Assembly: GCA_043777795.1 (NCBI GenBank)
Contig: JAYWHJ010000090.1
Span: 2,687 to 66,686, forward strand
From: Polaromonas sp.
GTDB lineage: Bacteria > Pseudomonadota > Gammaproteobacteria > Burkholderiales > Burkholderiaceae_C
Direction: 5' to 3'
Length of the DNA stretch: 64,000 bases
The notes beneath the pieces are model-generated. The model searched no databases and was not told where the DNA came from. It saw nothing but the letters and a program-made list of their open reading frames with translations. This document shows positions 61,285 through 64,000 of the stretch, piece by piece. A program made the position numbers and the translations under genes. The stretch's first letter is position 1. Each line of letters starts with the position of its first letter.

Positions 61285-62208
61285 ATGAGCACTTTTGACC
61301 CGGATGCGCTGGAATGCTTGGCCGCCATCGTTGAGGAGGGCGGGTTTGAGCGGGCCGCCCAGCGTCTGTCCATCACCCAGTCAGCCGTCTCACAGCGCCT
61401 GCGGGCCTTGGAGTCGCAAGTGGGCACAGTGCTGATTGTGCGCAGCCGCCCTTTGAAAGCTACGGCCGCGGGGCAACTGCTGCTCAAGCATACCAAGCAA
61501 ATGCGCCTGATCCGCGCCGACCTGGAGCGCGACTTGCGCGACCTGGCACCCAGCTCGATCGGCGGCGCCCGCGAGGAGGAGCGGGTCTCCATTGCCATCA
61601 ACGCCGACAGCATTGCCACTTGGGCGCTGGACGCGGTGGGCGCGCTGGTGCGCCAAGGCTTGCCTCTGGAGATCATCACCGACGATCAGGACTTTACCCA
61701 CGAGTGGCTGCGCGAAGGCCAGGTGCTGGGCTGCGTCACTACTCTCAAGCAAGCTTTGCGCGGCTGCAAAGTGGCGTCCCTGGGCGCTATGAAGTATGTA
61801 GCGGTTTGCGCGCCCGACGCCTTGGTCTGTGACAAATACGATATGAAAAACGGACTGACAGCGCACAATTTCCGCAGCATCCCCTTCATTGCGTTCAACC
61901 GCAAGGACGATATGCAAACCGAGTTTGTCGCCAAAGCCTTTGGCCTCAAGCGCGTGATGCTGAGCCAAATGTTTGTGCCCAGCTCCGAGGCGCAGGTGCG
62001 CGCTGTGCTGTCGGGTTGGGGCGTGAGCGTGGTGCCTGCGCTATTGGTGCAGCCCTTGATAGAAGCTGGCCGCTTGGTGAATGTAGCGCCCGCGCACAGC
62101 TTGGCAGTGCAGCTGTATTGGCACTGCTGGAACTTGGAGTCGGATGTGCTGGACAGCTTGTCAGCAGCATTGATGCATGCGGCGACGGTGCAATTGCAGG
62201 TGGGGTGA
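61285..62208 (+). CDS. LysR-family regulator, ArgP/LysG subfamily
   Basis: LECLAAIVEEGGFERAAQRLSITQSAVSQRLRALE..., divergent from dadA. Confidence 0.75.
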   Translation: MSTFDPDALECLAAIVEEGGFERAAQRLSITQSAVSQRLRALESQVGTVLIVRSRPLKATAAGQLLLKHTKQMRLIRADLERDLRDLAPSSIGGAREEERVSIAINADSIATWALDAVGALVRQGLPLEIITDDQDFTHEWLREGQVLGCVTTLKQALRGCKVASLGAMKYVAVCAPDALVCDKYDMKNGLTAHNFRSIPFIAFNRKDDMQTEFVAKAFGLKRVMLSQMFVPSSEAQVRAVLSGWGVSVVPALLVQPLIEAGRLVNVAPAHSLAVQLYWHCWNLESDVLDSLSAALMHAATVQLQVG

Positions 62209-62227
62209 ATCCCTCACCAGTCAGGAC

Positions 62228-62270
62228 AAAAAAGCTGCTAGAACCTTGGTGCAGGCGCTAGCAGCTTTTG
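62228..62270. terminator. Bidirectional intrinsic terminator
   Basis: Perfect 12-bp stem AAAAGCTGCTAG/CTAGCAGCTTTT with a 16-nt loop and T-runs on both strands, between convergent genes. Confidence 0.75.
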
Positions 62271-62285
62271 GTAAACGTGCCAACG

Positions 62286-62741
62286 TTACTTGGGCATCAT
62301 CACGGTGTCGATCGCATGGATCACGCCGTTGCTGGCGGCTACATCGGTGGCGATGACTTTAGAGCCGTCCACCATCACGCCGCCTTCGGTTTTCACTGTC
62401 AGCTCTTTGCCGTTTACCGTTTTAACCTTGCCAGCTTTCACATCAGCAGCCATCACTTTGCCGGACACCACGTGGTAGGTCAGTACTTTGCTGAGAGCGG
62501 CTTTGTCTTTGAGCAAACCATCCAAGGTGGCTTTGGGGATTTTGGCAAAGGCTTCGTCGGTTGGGGCAAACACCGTGAATGGGCCGGGGCCTTTGAGCGT
62601 GTCTACCAAACCGGCAGCTTTGACAGCAGCTACCAGTGTGTTGAAATTACCGGCTTTGACTGCGACGTCCACAATGTCTTGCGCCATGGCGCTCACTGAC
62701 ATACCGAGGCCTATTGCGATAGCGATGAGAGATTTTTTCAT
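62286..62741 (-). CDS. Fasciclin (FAS1) domain protein, single domain
   Basis: Signal peptide, then [13 protein letters not shown]...[10 protein letters not shown]...[13 protein letters not shown]. Confidence 0.85.
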   Translation of the reverse strand: MKKSLIAIAIGLGMSVSAMAQDIVDVAVKAGNFNTLVAAVKAAGLVDTLKGPGPFTVFAPTDEAFAKIPKATLDGLLKDKAALSKVLTYHVVSGKVMAADVKAGKVKTVNGKELTVKTEGGVMVDGSKVIATDVAASNGVIHAIDTVMMPK

Positions 62742-62749
62742 GGTTTTTC

Positions 62750-62795
62750 CTGATTAAAAAGACTAAAAATACAGGGCTTGGCGGTGGCCAAGCCC
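62750..62795 (-). terminator. Intrinsic terminator after the two-domain fasciclin gene
   Basis: 9-bp stem GGGCTTGGC/GCCAAGCCC with a 4-nt loop, followed on the minus strand by a T-rich run. Confidence 0.65.
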
Positions 62796-62827
62796 GCGGC
62801 AACCGGGCTTGCGGGTAGCATGCCCCG

Positions 62828-63784
62828 TTATGGTTTGGGCAGGATGACCTTGTCGATCACATGCACTACGCCGTTCGTAGCGGCAATGTCGGTGGCGGTA
62901 ATCTTGGCTTTGCGACCGCGCTGGTCTGTGATCGTCAGGGTGGCGTCCACCGTGAAGGTCTCAGTTTGCAGCGTGGTGATCGGCGCGCCTACGGGTACTT
63001 GTGCCTTGAGCACTTTGCCCGACACCACGTGGTACGTCAGTATTTTGGTGAGCAGGGCTTTGTTGATTGGGTCAAGCAACTGCGCCTTGGTCAGACCCAG
63101 CTCGGTCAGCGCGGCGGTAAACGCTGCGTTGGTGGGTGCGAACACGGTGAATGGGCCGGTACCACTCAATGTGGGCGCCAAGCCAGCGGCTACAACAGCC
63201 TCAACCAGAACGCTGAAGTCGGGGTTGCCTTGCGCAACCTGCACCACGTTCTTGTTGGTGGGCAAAATGACCTTGTCGATCAAGTGCACCACACCATTGG
63301 TAGCCACGATGTCGGTCGCCGTGATGTTGGCCTTGCGGGCACGCTGGTCCGTAATCGCCAAGCTGGGGTCGACGGTGAACGACTCGCCTTGCAGTGTGGT
63401 GATCGGCGCGCCGACGGGAACTTGTGCCTTGAGTACTTTGCCAGACACCACGTGGTAGGTCAGTATTTGGGTAAGTAGTGGTTTGTTGGCAGGTGCCAGC
63501 AACTCTGCCTTGGTCAGACCCAGCTCGGTCAGTGCGGCCGCGAAGGCGGCATTGGTGGGGGCAAATACGGTGAATGGGCCACTGCCGCTCAAGGTAGGTG
63601 CCAAGCCAGCGGCGACCACTGCTTCGACCAAAATGCTCAAGTCCGCTGTGCCTTGCGCCAGTTCGACCACATTTTTGGTGGGCACTGGTGCTGGCGCCGG
63701 CGCTGGGTCATCACTGCCACCGCAGGCGGCTAAAGTGAGCGCCGCGCTGGCGGCCAGAACATACTTCAAAAATTGACGTTTCAT
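62828..63784 (-). CDS. Fasciclin lipoprotein with two FAS1 domains
   Basis: Lipobox LTLAACGG and two near-identical FAS1 units. Start at the second ATG (GGAG spacing). Confidence 0.85.
   Translation of the reverse strand: MKRQFLKYVLAASAALTLAACGGSDDPAPAPAPVPTKNVVELAQGTADLSILVEAVVAAGLAPTLSGSGPFTVFAPTNAAFAAALTELGLTKAELLAPANKPLLTQILTYHVVSGKVLKAQVPVGAPITTLQGESFTVDPSLAITDQRARKANITATDIVATNGVVHLIDKVILPTNKNVVQVAQGNPDFSVLVEAVVAAGLAPTLSGTGPFTVFAPTNAAFTAALTELGLTKAQLLDPINKALLTKILTYHVVSGKVLKAQVPVGAPITTLQTETFTVDATLTITDQRGRKAKITATDIAATNGVVHVIDKVILPKP
62837..63673 (-). repeat. Internal tandem duplication of a FAS1-coding unit (414 and 423 nt)
   Basis: Units 63251-63673 and 62837-63250 encode domains differing at 22 of 138 aligned residues (manual count). 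Confidence 0.85.
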
Positions 63785-64000
63785 ATTCATTGCTCCTGAT
63801 GGTTGAAAATGGGTGGCAGCTGGAGGGCTGCCGCGTGCCTGACAATTCGATGGCATGTGAAATATATACTAATAGTTCTGAATAAATACCGTTTAGTAAT
63901 TAAAAAACCAATAAGTTACACAATGATTCATTTGAATGATTTATGACTTCTGCGTAAAATGGCGTAAACAGTAAGGCACTCCGCTCATGGCTCTACACCA

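Noticed and set aside
63922-63943. Fur-box-like AT-rich sequence AATGATTCATTTGAATGATTTA upstream of the fasciclin gene
   Set aside because: It matches the 19-bp Fur consensus only partially and has the wrong spacing. The region is generally AT-rich promoter DNA, and I know of no link between fasciclin genes and iron regulation.

Overview
High-GC betaproteobacterial chromosome segment. Gene content and order (rpe-gph-trpE-trpG, ilvE-zfCHCC-waaF-ampG, thiL/pgpA/cinA, argB/slmA) look like Burkholderiales/Comamonadaceae. I support about 57 protein-coding genes, mostly housekeeping and small-molecule metabolism. These include a TetR-controlled RND efflux operon, apaG, thiL, pgpA, cinA, ampG, waaF, ilvE, proC, rpe, gph, trpE/trpG, ltaE, amn, argB, dadA, two OmpR-type two-component systems, a UxaA/SDR/FAH sugar-acid cluster and fasciclin genes. 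I saw no rRNA, tRNA, CRISPR array, transposase or integrase. The unusual content is at the repeat level. (1) A roughly 50-bp double-stem-loop repeat occurs at least 15 times, and 9 copies sit in-frame inside coding genes. (2) A GxxExxY (PD-(D/E)XK-like) ORF bounded by about 51-bp terminal inverted repeats lies exactly between trpE and trpG, and a gene-less copy of the same ends lies just after trpG. (3) A third repeat family forms near-perfect inverted arms around a low-GC orphan secreted-protein gene, and weaker inverted copies bracket a whole response-regulator/kinase operon. (4) A tandem pair of diverged paralogues of an unrecognised about 346-aa protein lies downstream of ampG. All repeat alignments and identity counts are manual. 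Product calls come from motif recognition of the supplied translations, not from database searches.
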